A stretch of 64,000 nucleotides of DNA from Betaproteobacteria bacterium (GTDB lineage: Bacteria > Pseudomonadota > Gammaproteobacteria > Burkholderiales > SG8-39). Of the stretch, positions 37,557 through 45,902 are shown piece after piece. The notes under the pieces were generated by a model. The model searched no databases. It was not told the DNA's origin and worked only from the letters and a program-made list of their open reading frames with translations. The number at the start of each line of letters is the position of its first letter. Position 1 is the first letter of the stretch. The stretch covers positions 515-64,514 of the forward strand of contig SCTX01000057.1 of NCBI GenBank assembly GCA_004298385.1, read 5' to 3'. The position numbers and the translations under genes were made by a program.

Positions 37557-39086
37557 ATGGACTGGGAAACCGTCATCGGGATCGAGACCCACGCGCAGCT
37601 CTCGACCGTGTCGAAAATCTTTTCCGGTGCCGCGACCCGCTTCGGCGCGGCGCCCAACGTCCAGGCTTGCGCCGTGGACATCGCGCTGCCGGGGGTGTTG
37701 CCGGTGCTGAACAAGGGGGCGGTGGAAAGAGCCGTTCGATTCGGTTTGGCTGTCGGCGCGGACATCAACCGCCGCTCGGTGTTCGCGCGCAAGAATTATT
37801 TCTATCCCGACCTGCCCAAGGGTTATCAAATCAGCCAGTACGAACTGCCGGTGGTGCGGGGCGGGTCGCTGTCGATGCTGGTCAAGGACGGCGAGAAGAC
37901 CGTGCGGCTCACGCGCGCCCACCTGGAAGAGGATGCGGGAAAATCCTTGCACGAGGCCGCGGGAAACGCGCATTCGGCGCTCAGCCACGGTATGAGCGGC
38001 ATTGACCTAAACCGTGCCGGCACGCCACTGCTGGAAATCGTGACCGAGCCCGACATGAGGAGCGCGGAGGAAGCCGTGGCCTATGCCAAGACGCTGCACG
38101 CGCTGGTGCGCTGGATCGGCATTTGCGACGGTAACATGCAGGAGGGGTCGTTCCGCTGTGACGCCAATGTCTCGGTGCGGCCCAGGGGCTCCGCGGTGCT
38201 AGGCACGCGCTGCGAGATCAAGAACCTCAATTCCTTCCGCTTTCTGGAAGAGGCGATCAATTACGAAGTGCGCCGCCAGATCGAATTGCTCGAAGACGGC
38301 GGTACGGTGGCGCAGGAAACCCGCCTCTACGATCCGGACCGCAGGGAAACGCGCTCGATGCGTTCGAAGGAGGAGGCGCACGACTACCGCTATTTTCCCG
38401 ACCCCGACCTGCTGCCCCTGGACATAAGCGCCGAAACGATAGAACAGATTCGATCGGAACTGCCGGAATTGCCGCAGGCCAAGCGCGAGCGGTACCAAAA
38501 CGATTTTGGCTTATCGGCCTATGACGCTGGCGTTTTGACGCAGTCACGCGAGAATGCCGAGTACTTTGAGGACATGGTAAATCGTCTCGGAAGACCTGCG
38601 GTGAAAGCTTGCGCCAATTGGATTACGGTAGAGCTTGCTGCGGCGGTCAACAGAGCAGGTATTGAAATCGCGCAATCGCCAGTATCTAGTGAGCAGCTAG
38701 CGTGGCTAATCGTTCGAATTGATGATGGAACAATCTCTTCAAGGGCCGCGAAAGACGTTTTTCAAGCGCTTTGGCAGCGAGAGAATATTGCTGTGGCTGT
38801 GCTTAGTGCCCCTCGTCCATCATTGCATTCGAGCGTCAAGTCCGCCGCGCGGGACGACATTGACAATATTATCGAGCAACTGGGCCTGAAGCAGATTTCG
38901 GATACCGGCGCGCTCGAAGACGTTATTGTTCAAGTTCTGGCCGCCAACCAAAAATCGGTCGAGGAATACCGGGCGGGCAAGGAGAAGGCTTTTAATGCGC
39001 TTGTCGGCCAGGCGATGAAAGCGACCAAGGGCAAGGGCAATCCGGCCCTGATCAACGGCATCCTGAAGAAAATACTGGCGCGCTGA
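37557..39086 (+). CDS. gatB: Asp/Glu-tRNA amidotransferase subunit B (with a low-G+C patch and insertion in the tail domain)
   Basis: 509 aa. [31 protein letters not shown] and RCDANVSVR blocks. C-terminal YqeY-like tail ([23 protein letters not shown]). Confidence 0.95.
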   Translation: MDWETVIGIETHAQLSTVSKIFSGAATRFGAAPNVQACAVDIALPGVLPVLNKGAVERAVRFGLAVGADINRRSVFARKNYFYPDLPKGYQISQYELPVVRGGSLSMLVKDGEKTVRLTRAHLEEDAGKSLHEAAGNAHSALSHGMSGIDLNRAGTPLLEIVTEPDMRSAEEAVAYAKTLHALVRWIGICDGNMQEGSFRCDANVSVRPRGSAVLGTRCEIKNLNSFRFLEEAINYEVRRQIELLEDGGTVAQETRLYDPDRRETRSMRSKEEAHDYRYFPDPDLLPLDISAETIEQIRSELPELPQAKRERYQNDFGLSAYDAGVLTQSRENAEYFEDMVNRLGRPAVKACANWITVELAAAVNRAGIEIAQSPVSSEQLAWLIVRIDDGTISSRAAKDVFQALWQRENIAVAVLSAPRPSLHSSVKSAARDDIDNIIEQLGLKQISDTGALEDVIVQVLAANQKSVEEYRAGKEKAFNALVGQAMKATKGKGNPALINGILKKILAR

Positions 39087-39728
39087 CTATTTCTTCGGCG
39101 GCGTTGCGGCCTTTGATTTTGCGCCCGTCAGCTCCAGGTAGCGCCGCTTGTCCTCATCATACTTGGCGTTGATATCGCCCAGCTCCTTCTTCTTCGCCGC
39201 CATCGCGTCCTGCTGCCCCTTGAGGTCGATTTCGTTGTTCTTGATGTCATCCTGAAGCTTTTTCGGCATCGGCTTCTTGACGTAGAATTCCTTTTCAGCC
39301 GCCAGTTTCTGGGCGCGTTTTTGCGCCTCTTCGATGCGTTTCTCTATCTCCTTCGTCGCTTCTGCGGCCTGCCGCAGCGCGCGCTGCCGGCCGTCTTCGA
39401 TGTCCTTTTCGCTCGAATAGGTGTTGAGCAGGGCCTGATTCTTGCGCTTCTCTTCCTTCGCCCGCTCCTCGTCCTCTTTCTTGCGTTTTTCCTCGGCTTC
39501 GCGCGTTGCGATCTGCTCCGGTGTCAGGGCGGCTTCCCGTTTTTTCACCACCGTGCCCTGCTTGGACAACTCATCCATCTCCTTGCCCAGGCATTCGGCA
39601 GGCGGTGTCTGGGTGTAGTAGGTCTTCCCCTTGCTGTCCTTGCACTTGTACACGGCCTGTTGCGCAGACGCGGGTTCCGCCGCGAGCGCGACGATGGTTG
39701 CCAGAATTGCGATTTGCAGTTTAAACAT
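39087..39728 (-). CDS. DUF4124 domain protein with a charged coiled-coil region
   Basis: Start at MFKLQIAILATIVALAAEPASA (signal peptide). VYKCKDSKGKTYYTQTPP matches the DUF4124 motif. Lys/Glu-rich helical remainder. Confidence 0.8.
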   Translation of the reverse strand: MFKLQIAILATIVALAAEPASAQQAVYKCKDSKGKTYYTQTPPAECLGKEMDELSKQGTVVKKREAALTPEQIATREAEEKRKKEDEERAKEEKRKNQALLNTYSSEKDIEDGRQRALRQAAEATKEIEKRIEEAQKRAQKLAAEKEFYVKKPMPKKLQDDIKNNEIDLKGQQDAMAAKKKELGDINAKYDEDKRRYLELTGAKSKAATPPKK

Positions 39729-40371
39729 GTGCGTCCGCTCCGTAGAGTTGGCGGTAACGTTCAATCTCGATCAACTGTTGCGCGAGATCGGGTTTGGCGC
39801 CGAGAAATTGCACCAGATCATCGAGGTCGGCGATGGCGACGACCGGCAGGCCGATGGTATCACGCACCTCCTGCACGGCGGAGCGCTCGCCCGTGCCGCG
39901 CTCCAGGCGGTCGAGCGCGATGGCCACGCCGCAGGGAATCGCGCCCTCGGCGCGGATCAGCGCGACAGATTCGCGCACCGAGGTGCCCGCGGAGATTACG
40001 TCGTCCACGATCAGCACCCGGCCGGCGAGCGGCGCGCCGATAACGCGGCCGCCTTCGCCGTGATCCTTGGTTTCCTTGCGGTTGAAGCTGTAGGGGACGT
40101 TGCGCCCGGCCTGCGCCAGCGCGATGGCCACGCTGGCGACAAGCGGGATCCCCTTGTACGCGGGGCCGAACAGCATGTCGAATGGGTGGTCCGTGGCGAG
40201 GATGGCATTGGCGTAAAATTGACCGAGACGCCCGAGCATTGCGCCGTCATTGAACAGGCCGGCGTTAAAAAAATAGGGCGACATGCGCCCCGCCTTGGTC
40301 TTGAACCGGCCGAAGCGCAGCACGCCGCAATCGATACAGAAGGAGATGAACTGTTTGCGAAATTCCGACAT
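39721..40371 (-). CDS. pyrE: Orotate phosphoribosyltransferase
   Basis: Start at MSEFRKQFISFCIDCGVLRFG.F..K.GR.SPYFFN. PRPP-binding loop VLIVDDVISAGTS. Confidence 0.95.
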   Translation of the reverse strand: MSEFRKQFISFCIDCGVLRFGRFKTKAGRMSPYFFNAGLFNDGAMLGRLGQFYANAILATDHPFDMLFGPAYKGIPLVASVAIALAQAGRNVPYSFNRKETKDHGEGGRVIGAPLAGRVLIVDDVISAGTSVRESVALIRAEGAIPCGVAIALDRLERGTGERSAVQEVRDTIGLPVVAIADLDDLVQFLGAKPDLAQQLIEIERYRQLYGADAHV

Positions 40372-40414
40372 TTGCCGATCCCGGTGCGCGCGGCTGGGCG
40401 CCTGAAATCCAGCC

Positions 40415-41191
40415 ATGTTACGCATAATCACGCTCAATCTCAACGGCATACGCTCGGCCGTGAGCAAAGGCTTGCTCGATTGGCTCGCGGCTCAGAAAGC
40501 CGATGTGGTGTGCATGCAGGAGGTGAAGGCGCAGTTGACCGATCTCGCCCCCGCAATGCTCAACCCCCGTCCCTATTCGGGCTACTTCGACTGCGCCGAA
40601 AAAAAGGGCTACAGCGGCGTCGGCCTGTATTGCCGCGAGCGGCCGGACAAGATCATGACCGGCTTCGGTTCCAGGGAGTTCGATGCCGAAGGCCGCTATC
40701 TACGCGCCGATTACGGCAAGCTGAGCGTGATTTCGGTCTATCTGCCTTCGGGCTCGAGCTCGGACGAGCGCCAGCAAGCGAAATTCCGCTTCATGCGGGA
40801 GTTCATGCCGCATCTAGCCAAGCTCAAGGCGAGCGGCAGGGACATCGTGATCTGCGGCGATTGGAATATCGCGCACAAGGAGATCGACCTGAAGAACTGG
40901 CGCGGCAATCGGAAGAATTCCGGTTTTCTGCCCGAGGAGCGAGCCTGGCTCGGCAAGGTGTTCGGCGAGCGGGGCTGGGTGGATGTATACCGCCTCCTGC
41001 ACCCGGACACCACAGGCGAGGCCTATACCTGGTGGTCAAACCGCGGCCAGGCCTGGGCCAAGAACGTGGGCTGGCGCATCGACTATCACATCGCCACGCC
41101 GGGGATCGCAGCCAAGGCGAAGAAGGCCGCGATCTACAAGCAGCAGCGCTTCAGCGACCACGCGCCGCTTATGATCGACTACGATTTTTAA
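40415..41191 (+). CDS. xth: Exodeoxyribonuclease III (AP endonuclease)
   Basis: 258 aa. MLRIITLNLNGIR, CMQE.K, GDWNIAH and SDHAP motifs of the EEP/ExoIII family. Confidence 0.94.
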   Translation: MLRIITLNLNGIRSAVSKGLLDWLAAQKADVVCMQEVKAQLTDLAPAMLNPRPYSGYFDCAEKKGYSGVGLYCRERPDKIMTGFGSREFDAEGRYLRADYGKLSVISVYLPSGSSSDERQQAKFRFMREFMPHLAKLKASGRDIVICGDWNIAHKEIDLKNWRGNRKNSGFLPEERAWLGKVFGERGWVDVYRLLHPDTTGEAYTWWSNRGQAWAKNVGWRIDYHIATPGIAAKAKKAAIYKQQRFSDHAPLMIDYDF

Positions 41192-41196
41192 CGCGC

Positions 41197-41511
41197 CTAC
41201 GCCGTGCTGCTGCCGGGGGGCAGGTTCTTGCGCAGGTTGTTCTGCCGGCGCCGGTCCAGCCACCAGGCGAGCGCCGGCAGCACGACGAACGAACCGGGCA
41301 TCACCATCACTGCGAGATAGGGGCTGACCATGGACAGCCGGCGCAAGTGGGTGACGATCTGGCGCTTGTCCTCCGCCGACCATTTCTGCTTGTTGCGCGG
41401 CTTCATCAACAAGGGCATCAGGCCGGTTATCTGCACGACTTCGCCGAGAACGTATTTTCGTTCCCGGTCCATCATTTCCATCACGGTCCCGACGATGACT
41501 GGCTTGCGCAT
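41197..41511 (-). CDS. Small membrane protein, 104 aa, unknown function (last gene of the yqjD/E/K-like operon)
   Basis: Starts 3 nt after the yqjK-like stop. One C-terminal TM helix (SPYLAVMVMPGSFVVLPALAWWL). The segment KW.AEDKRQIV..L+RLS.V.P is loosely reminiscent of the LETM1 ribosome-binding-domain motif (unverified). Confidence 0.55.
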   Translation of the reverse strand: MRKPVIVGTVMEMMDRERKYVLGEVVQITGLMPLLMKPRNKQKWSAEDKRQIVTHLRRLSMVSPYLAVMVMPGSFVVLPALAWWLDRRRQNNLRKNLPPGSSTA

Positions 41512-41514
41512 GCG

Positions 41515-41802
41515 CTAGACCGCGATTTTCCGGGTCAACCAGCGATAACCCCGCCAAATTCCCCAGGCTCGCCGCGCCCATTTGAACGCGAGGCGCGGGC
41601 GTAGCAGCGCAAACACCAGCATGGCGCCGGCAAAGAGGGGCGGGCGCGAGATGACATAGCGTACGGCCCCGATGCAGAGGTCGGCGAAGCCCAGCGGTTG
41701 CGCCCACGACTGCAGCGTCTGCGCCACGTCGGCGCGTTCACGCGCGGCGCGCTCGATCAGGCGCGCGCGCTTGGCCTCGATCGCGAGGAGGCGCTGGTTC
41801 AC
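41515..41802 (-). CDS. YqjK-like family protein
   Basis: GTG start overlapping the preceding stop (GTGA): VNQRLLAIEAKRARLIERAARERADVAQ... plus a C-terminal hydrophobic segment. The tracked 161-aa ORF is over-extended. Confidence 0.7.
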   Translation of the reverse strand: MNQRLLAIEAKRARLIERAARERADVAQTLQSWAQPLGFADLCIGAVRYVISRPPLFAGAMLVFALLRPRLAFKWARRAWGIWRGYRWLTRKIAV

Positions 41803-42197
41803 GTTTCCGGTTCCCGCAGCATGGCCCGGTCCTTGACCAGTTCGCCGCGCGTGATCGCGAACGGCTTGGGCCGCGTTTTCGCCTTGTCGCGCAGGATCCA
41901 GCCTAACAGCGCGCCCGCGGCAATGAACCCGGCGGCGAGAATGCCGATCGCGGCGAGCCTGTGCGTGTCCCAGTAATAGACCACCACCAGGGCGACGCAT
42001 AGCACGATGCCCATGCCAAGGCAGAACGCCGCGGCCAGCGCAATGAGCAGCAGTTGCTCCAACCGCATCCGCTCTTCTTCAATCTCGGTGGCGAGGATTT
42101 CCAGGCGCGTCTGCGCCGCGCCGAGCAGCTTGCCCGCCAGATGCTTGATCGAACGCAGAAGGCCGCCACGCGCGGCGGCGCCTTCTCTTTCCGCCAT
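41799..42197 (-). CDS. YqjE-like (DUF1469 / phage-holin-3-6 family) inner-membrane protein
   Basis: 132 aa. An amphipathic N-terminus (LEILATEIEEE), then two TM helices. Sits between the yqjD-like and yqjK-like genes, as in E. coli yqjDEK. Confidence 0.75.
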   Translation of the reverse strand: MAEREGAAARGGLLRSIKHLAGKLLGAAQTRLEILATEIEEERMRLEQLLLIALAAAFCLGMGIVLCVALVVVYYWDTHRLAAIGILAAGFIAAGALLGWILRDKAKTRPKPFAITRGELVKDRAMLREPET

Positions 42198-42199
42198 GA

Positions 42200-42511
42200 C
42201 TAGCGGCGGCTGATCAACATGCCGATGACCAGGCCGACGGCGGCAGCAATGCCCACTGCCCCCCAGGGATGATCGTGCACGTAATCGTCGGTGGCGCGCG
42301 CGGCGGCCTTGGTCTTGTCGATCACGATTTCCTCCGCCCGCGACAGCTTGTCTTTGGCGGCGCGCAGGCTTTCCTGAATGCGCTCGCGCGCGACGACCGC
42401 TTTTTCGCCCATCTGGCCGGCGGTGGCGCGCAGCAATTCTTCCGCGTCGGCGATCACGACCCTCAAGTCGGTCGCAAGTTTTTCCCGGGATACATCTGTG
42501 CCGTTACTCAT
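42200..42511 (-). CDS. ElaB/YqjD/DUF883-family ribosome-associated membrane-anchored protein
   Basis: 103 aa. A long helical N-terminus and C-terminal HPW.AVG.AA.VG...G.L..RR, which is the DUF883 signature. Confidence 0.88.
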   Translation of the reverse strand: MSNGTDVSREKLATDLRVVIADAEELLRATAGQMGEKAVVARERIQESLRAAKDKLSRAEEIVIDKTKAAARATDDYVHDHPWGAVGIAAAVGLVIGMLISRR

Positions 42512-42637
42512 TATAATTTACCTCTCTCACTATGAAATTCCGCTCCTGCAGAAGCGCCGGCGGAAGGCTCTCAAGGCTACCGGCTTTCTCTCGTTAAATC
42601 AACCTTAGCCGAGCGCAACGCAGGTAGAATCGGCTCC

Positions 42638-43888
42638 ATGCCATCGCCCTATCTGGAAATCCTGCGCAGTCCGCGCATCGCCGCCGTCCTGCTGCTCGGG
42701 TTTTCCTCCGGCCTGCCGCTGGCGCTGACTGGAGGCACGTTGCAAGCCTGGCTCACCGTCGCCGGCGTTGACATCGTGACCATCGCCTGGTTTTCCTGGA
42801 TCGGCATCCCCTATCTGCTGAAATTCCTCTGGTCCCCATTGATGGACCGCTATATGCCGCCGTTCCTCGGCCGCCGGCGCGGCTGGATGCTGTTGGCGCA
42901 ACTGGCGCTGATCCTAGGCATCGCCGCCATGGCCTTCGCGTCGCCCTACGCGGACCTCTGGCTGCTCGGCTGCCTGGCGCTATGGGTGGCGTTCATGTCG
43001 GCGTCGCAGGACATCGTCATCGACGCCTATCGCGCCGATTTGCTGCCGGCGCAGGAGCGCGGCATGGGCGCGGCGGTGGGCGTGCTCGGCTACCGCATCG
43101 CGATGCTGGCTTCGGGCGGGCTCGCCCTGATACTGGCCGACCAGATCGGCTGGCGCCAGACGTTTTACGCGATGGCCGCGCTGATGGGCGTCGGCCTCGC
43201 GACCAGCCTCGCCGCGCCCGAACCCGCGGTGGTCGGAACGCCGCCGCGCAGCCTGCGCGAGGCCGTGGTCGAACCGCTGAAGGATCTCCTGCTGCGGCCG
43301 GGCGCGCCGCAATTGCTTGCCCTGATCGCTTTGTACAAATTCGGCGACGCGCTCGCCGGCACGCTGACGACGGCATTTCTCCTTCGCGGCATCGGCTTTT
43401 CTCTCACTGACGTGGGCACCATCAACAAAGGCCTGGGACTGGCTTCGCTGCTGGCGGGCGGCCTCGTCGGCGGCCTGTTGCTGGTGCGCATGAGTCTCAC
43501 CCGCGCGCTGCTCGCGTTCGGCGTGCTGCAGGCGATATCCAACCTGTCGTTTGCAGTGCTCGCCTGGGCGGGCAAGAGCTACCCGCTGCTCGTGTTCGCG
43601 GTCGGTTTCGAAAACCTGGCAAGCGGCATGGGCACCGCGGCCTTCGTCGCGTTCGCCATGGCGCTATGCAAGCACAGCTTCAGCGCCACCCAATACGCCC
43701 TGCTGTCAGCGCTCGCCTCGCTAGGGCGCATCCTGTTCGGCCCGGTTACCGGCGGCCTGGTCGAGGCCATGGGCTGGGCGAATTTCTTCGTGCTCACCTT
43801 CGTCGCCGCGCTGCCGGGACTGTGGCTGGTGTGGCAACTGCGCGAGCGGATCGCCGAGGTGGCCGCGGCGCAGCCCCAGGCGGCTTGA
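42638..43888 (+). CDS. ampG: AmpG-family muropeptide MFS permease
   Basis: 416 aa with 12-14 TM helices. N-terminus LLLGFSSGLPLALTGGTLQAWL and the WSPLMDR motif are typical of AmpG. Confidence 0.9.
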   Translation: MPSPYLEILRSPRIAAVLLLGFSSGLPLALTGGTLQAWLTVAGVDIVTIAWFSWIGIPYLLKFLWSPLMDRYMPPFLGRRRGWMLLAQLALILGIAAMAFASPYADLWLLGCLALWVAFMSASQDIVIDAYRADLLPAQERGMGAAVGVLGYRIAMLASGGLALILADQIGWRQTFYAMAALMGVGLATSLAAPEPAVVGTPPRSLREAVVEPLKDLLLRPGAPQLLALIALYKFGDALAGTLTTAFLLRGIGFSLTDVGTINKGLGLASLLAGGLVGGLLLVRMSLTRALLAFGVLQAISNLSFAVLAWAGKSYPLLVFAVGFENLASGMGTAAFVAFAMALCKHSFSATQYALLSALASLGRILFGPVTGGLVEAMGWANFFVLTFVAALPGLWLVWQLRERIAEVAAAQPQAA

Positions 43889-43892
43889 ACAC

Positions 43893-44507
43893 TCACTTCT
43901 TCTCGAAGCGGTAAACCGCCACGCTGCCGCGCAGGTTGGGGGCGATACGAACCGGGCGGCCTTGCTCCTGCATGACGACGCGCTCGAGGATGCGCACGCC
44001 GTGGCTCGCGCAGAAATCCTCGAAGTCGGCCAGCGTGCACAGGTGCACGTTGGGCGTGTTGTACCACAGGTAGGGCAGCACCTCGGACACCGGCATGCGG
44101 CCGCGCATGACCTGCAGGCGCTGCGGCCAGTAGCCGAAGTTGGGAAACGAGACGATGCCCTGGCGCCCGACGCGCAGCATCTCCATGATGATCTCCTCGG
44201 TGTGGCGCATGGCCTGCAGCGTTTGCGACAGGATGACGTAATCGAACGAACCGGCGTCGAAACCCGCAAGGCCCGCTTCGAGGTCGCTCTGGATCACGTT
44301 GACGCCGTTCTTCACGCAGGCGAGCACGTTCGCGTCGCTGATTTCGATGCCATAGCCGCGCACCCCGCGGCTCTGCTTGAGGTAATTCAGCAAAACGCCT
44401 TCTCCGCATCCGAGGTCGAGCACGCTCGCACCCGGCGGCACCCAGGCCGCGATGGCGTCGAGATCGGCGCGGCCGTCGAGCGCCGGGACGGGGAGGGAAA
44501 TGTTCAT
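43893..44507 (-). CDS. metW: Methionine biosynthesis protein MetW
   Basis: 204 aa with SAM-MTase-like VLDLGCGEG. Overlaps the metX stop by 4 nt, the canonical metXW pair. Confidence 0.93.
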   Translation of the reverse strand: MNISLPVPALDGRADLDAIAAWVPPGASVLDLGCGEGVLLNYLKQSRGVRGYGIEISDANVLACVKNGVNVIQSDLEAGLAGFDAGSFDYVILSQTLQAMRHTEEIIMEMLRVGRQGIVSFPNFGYWPQRLQVMRGRMPVSEVLPYLWYNTPNVHLCTLADFEDFCASHGVRILERVVMQEQGRPVRIAPNLRGSVAVYRFEKK

Positions 44508-45655
44508 GTGCCGTTTCCCATGCCGAGTTCGCGCGCGACATTATCGAAATACGCCCGCACCAGCGCATGGTAACGCGCATCGTCGAGCAGGAAGGCGTCG
44601 TGCCCGTGCGGCGCGTCGATTTCGGCGTAGCAAACGTCGGCGCGGTTATCGAGCAGGGCCTTCACGATTTCGCGCGAGCGCGCCGGGGCGAAGCGCCAGT
44701 CAGAAGTGAACGAAGCCACGAGGAAGCGCGCCTTCGCCGGCGCGAGCGCCTTCGCGAGGTTGTCGCCGCAGGCCGCGGCCGGGTCGAAATAGTCGAGCGC
44801 CCGGGTGATGAGCAGGTAAGTGTTTGCGTCGAAGTATTCGGAGAACTTGTCGCCCTGATGGCGCAGATAGGATTCGACCTCGAAGTCCACGTCGAAGTGG
44901 AAATTGATCGCGCCCGAGCGCAGGCTGCGACCGAATTTTTCCATCATCGCGTCGTCCGACAGGTAGGTGATATGGCCGATCATGCGCGCCAAGCGCAGCC
45001 CGCTTCGCGGTACCACGTTGTAGGCGTAGTAGTCGCCGCCGTGGAAATCCGGATCGCTGGTGATGGCCTGGCGCGCTACCTCGTTGAAGGCGATATTCTG
45101 CGCCGACAGCTTGGGCGCCGCGGCGACGACGATGGCGTTCGCGATCCGCGCGGGATAGTCGATCGCCCATTGCAGCGCCTGCATCGCGCCGAGGCTGCCG
45201 CCCATCACCGCGGCGATGCGCTCGATGCCGAGCCGGTCGGCGAGCCGCGCCTGAGTCTCGACCCAGTCTTCGACGGTGATCACGGGAAAGCTCGAGCCGT
45301 AAGGCCTGCCGGTCTTGGGGTCGGTCGAAGCCGGGCCGGTGGAGCCGAAGCAGCCACCGAGGTTGTTCACCCCGATGACAAAGAACCTGTCCGTGTCCAG
45401 GGGCTTGCCCGGGCCGATCATGTTGTCCCACCAGCCGACCTTGTCCGGCTCCGCCGCGTAATAGCCGGCGACGTGGTGCGAAGCGTTGAGCGCGTGGCAT
45501 ACCAGCACCGCGTTGGACCCGGCGGCATTCAGCGTGCCGTAGGTTTCGTACATCAGATCGTAGGCGTCCAGCACCGCGCCGCTCCTGCATGCGAGTGGCG
45601 TATCGAAATGCATAGTCTGCGGCCGCACTGCGCCGACCGAACGCGGTTCGCTCAT
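44504..45655 (-). CDS. metX: Homoserine O-acyltransferase MetX (acetyl or succinyl specificity not decidable here)
   Basis: 383 aa alpha/beta hydrolase. Nucleophile elbow [13 protein letters not shown]-terminal [10 protein letters not shown]-terminal HGHDAFL. Confidence 0.95.
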   Translation of the reverse strand: MSEPRSVGAVRPQTMHFDTPLACRSGAVLDAYDLMYETYGTLNAAGSNAVLVCHALNASHHVAGYYAAEPDKVGWWDNMIGPGKPLDTDRFFVIGVNNLGGCFGSTGPASTDPKTGRPYGSSFPVITVEDWVETQARLADRLGIERIAAVMGGSLGAMQALQWAIDYPARIANAIVVAAAPKLSAQNIAFNEVARQAITSDPDFHGGDYYAYNVVPRSGLRLARMIGHITYLSDDAMMEKFGRSLRSGAINFHFDVDFEVESYLRHQGDKFSEYFDANTYLLITRALDYFDPAAACGDNLAKALAPAKARFLVASFTSDWRFAPARSREIVKALLDNRADVCYAEIDAPHGHDAFLLDDARYHALVRAYFDNVARELGMGNGT

Positions 45656-45790
45656 GTTGCCTCGAAAAAAAGCAAAAACCCGTTCAGCTTGCTCGCTAAA
45701 CGGGTTTCCCGCGCTTTAGCCGTATTTGTTTTTCACTCGGTCAGGTGCAGGACCGGCGGCGCCCGCAAGCTGACCATCAAATCGGCGCTG
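45656..45790 (-). promoter_or_regulatory. Structured metX leader; candidate metabolite (SAM?) riboswitch or attenuator, class undetermined
   Basis: About 135-nt 5' UTR with three mutually exclusive pairings: helix GGTCAG/CTGACC (45775-45739), UCAGCUUGC (45773-45765) against GCAAGCUGA (45692-45684), and the terminator stem. Confidence 0.5.
45665..45707 (-). terminator. Intrinsic terminator/attenuator inside the metX 5' leader
   Basis: Minus strand: AAACCCGTTTAGC-GAGCAA-GCTGAACGGGTTT (13-bp stem), followed by TTGCTTTTTTT. It ends 9 nt before the metX ATG. Confidence 0.75.
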
Positions 45791-45796
45791 GGATGA

Positions 45797-45826
45797 AAGA
45801 TACCCGCGAAGGCGGGCGGCTGTCAA
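45797..45826 (-). promoter_or_regulatory. Sigma-70-like promoter for metXW
   Basis: Minus strand: TTGACA (45826-45821), 18 nt, TATCTT (45802-45797). Confidence 0.55.
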
Positions 45827-45902
45827 TCGGCTTCGGCGGTCGCCGGCGAAAGCCGCGCCTCCTTGTTCACGCCATCGTTTGTCCGCTTGCGCCTTGTCCG
45901 GC

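Noticed and set aside
39631-41604. 657-aa plus-strand ORF spanning pyrE, xth and downstream genes
   Set aside because: It runs antisense or out of frame through three well-supported genes. No recognisable domain, and shadow-frame composition.
42602-42640. Leaderless ampG mRNA: TAGAAT at 42625-42630 lies 7 nt before the ATG, and no SD is visible
   Set aside because: No convincing -35 or extended -10 element. It cannot be supported without TSS data.
45739-45790. Assigning the metX leader specifically to the SAM-II riboswitch class
   Set aside because: Only short motif resemblance from memory. The H-type pseudoknot cannot be verified by eye, and the terminator-type expression platform is atypical. 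It is kept as a class-undetermined candidate.
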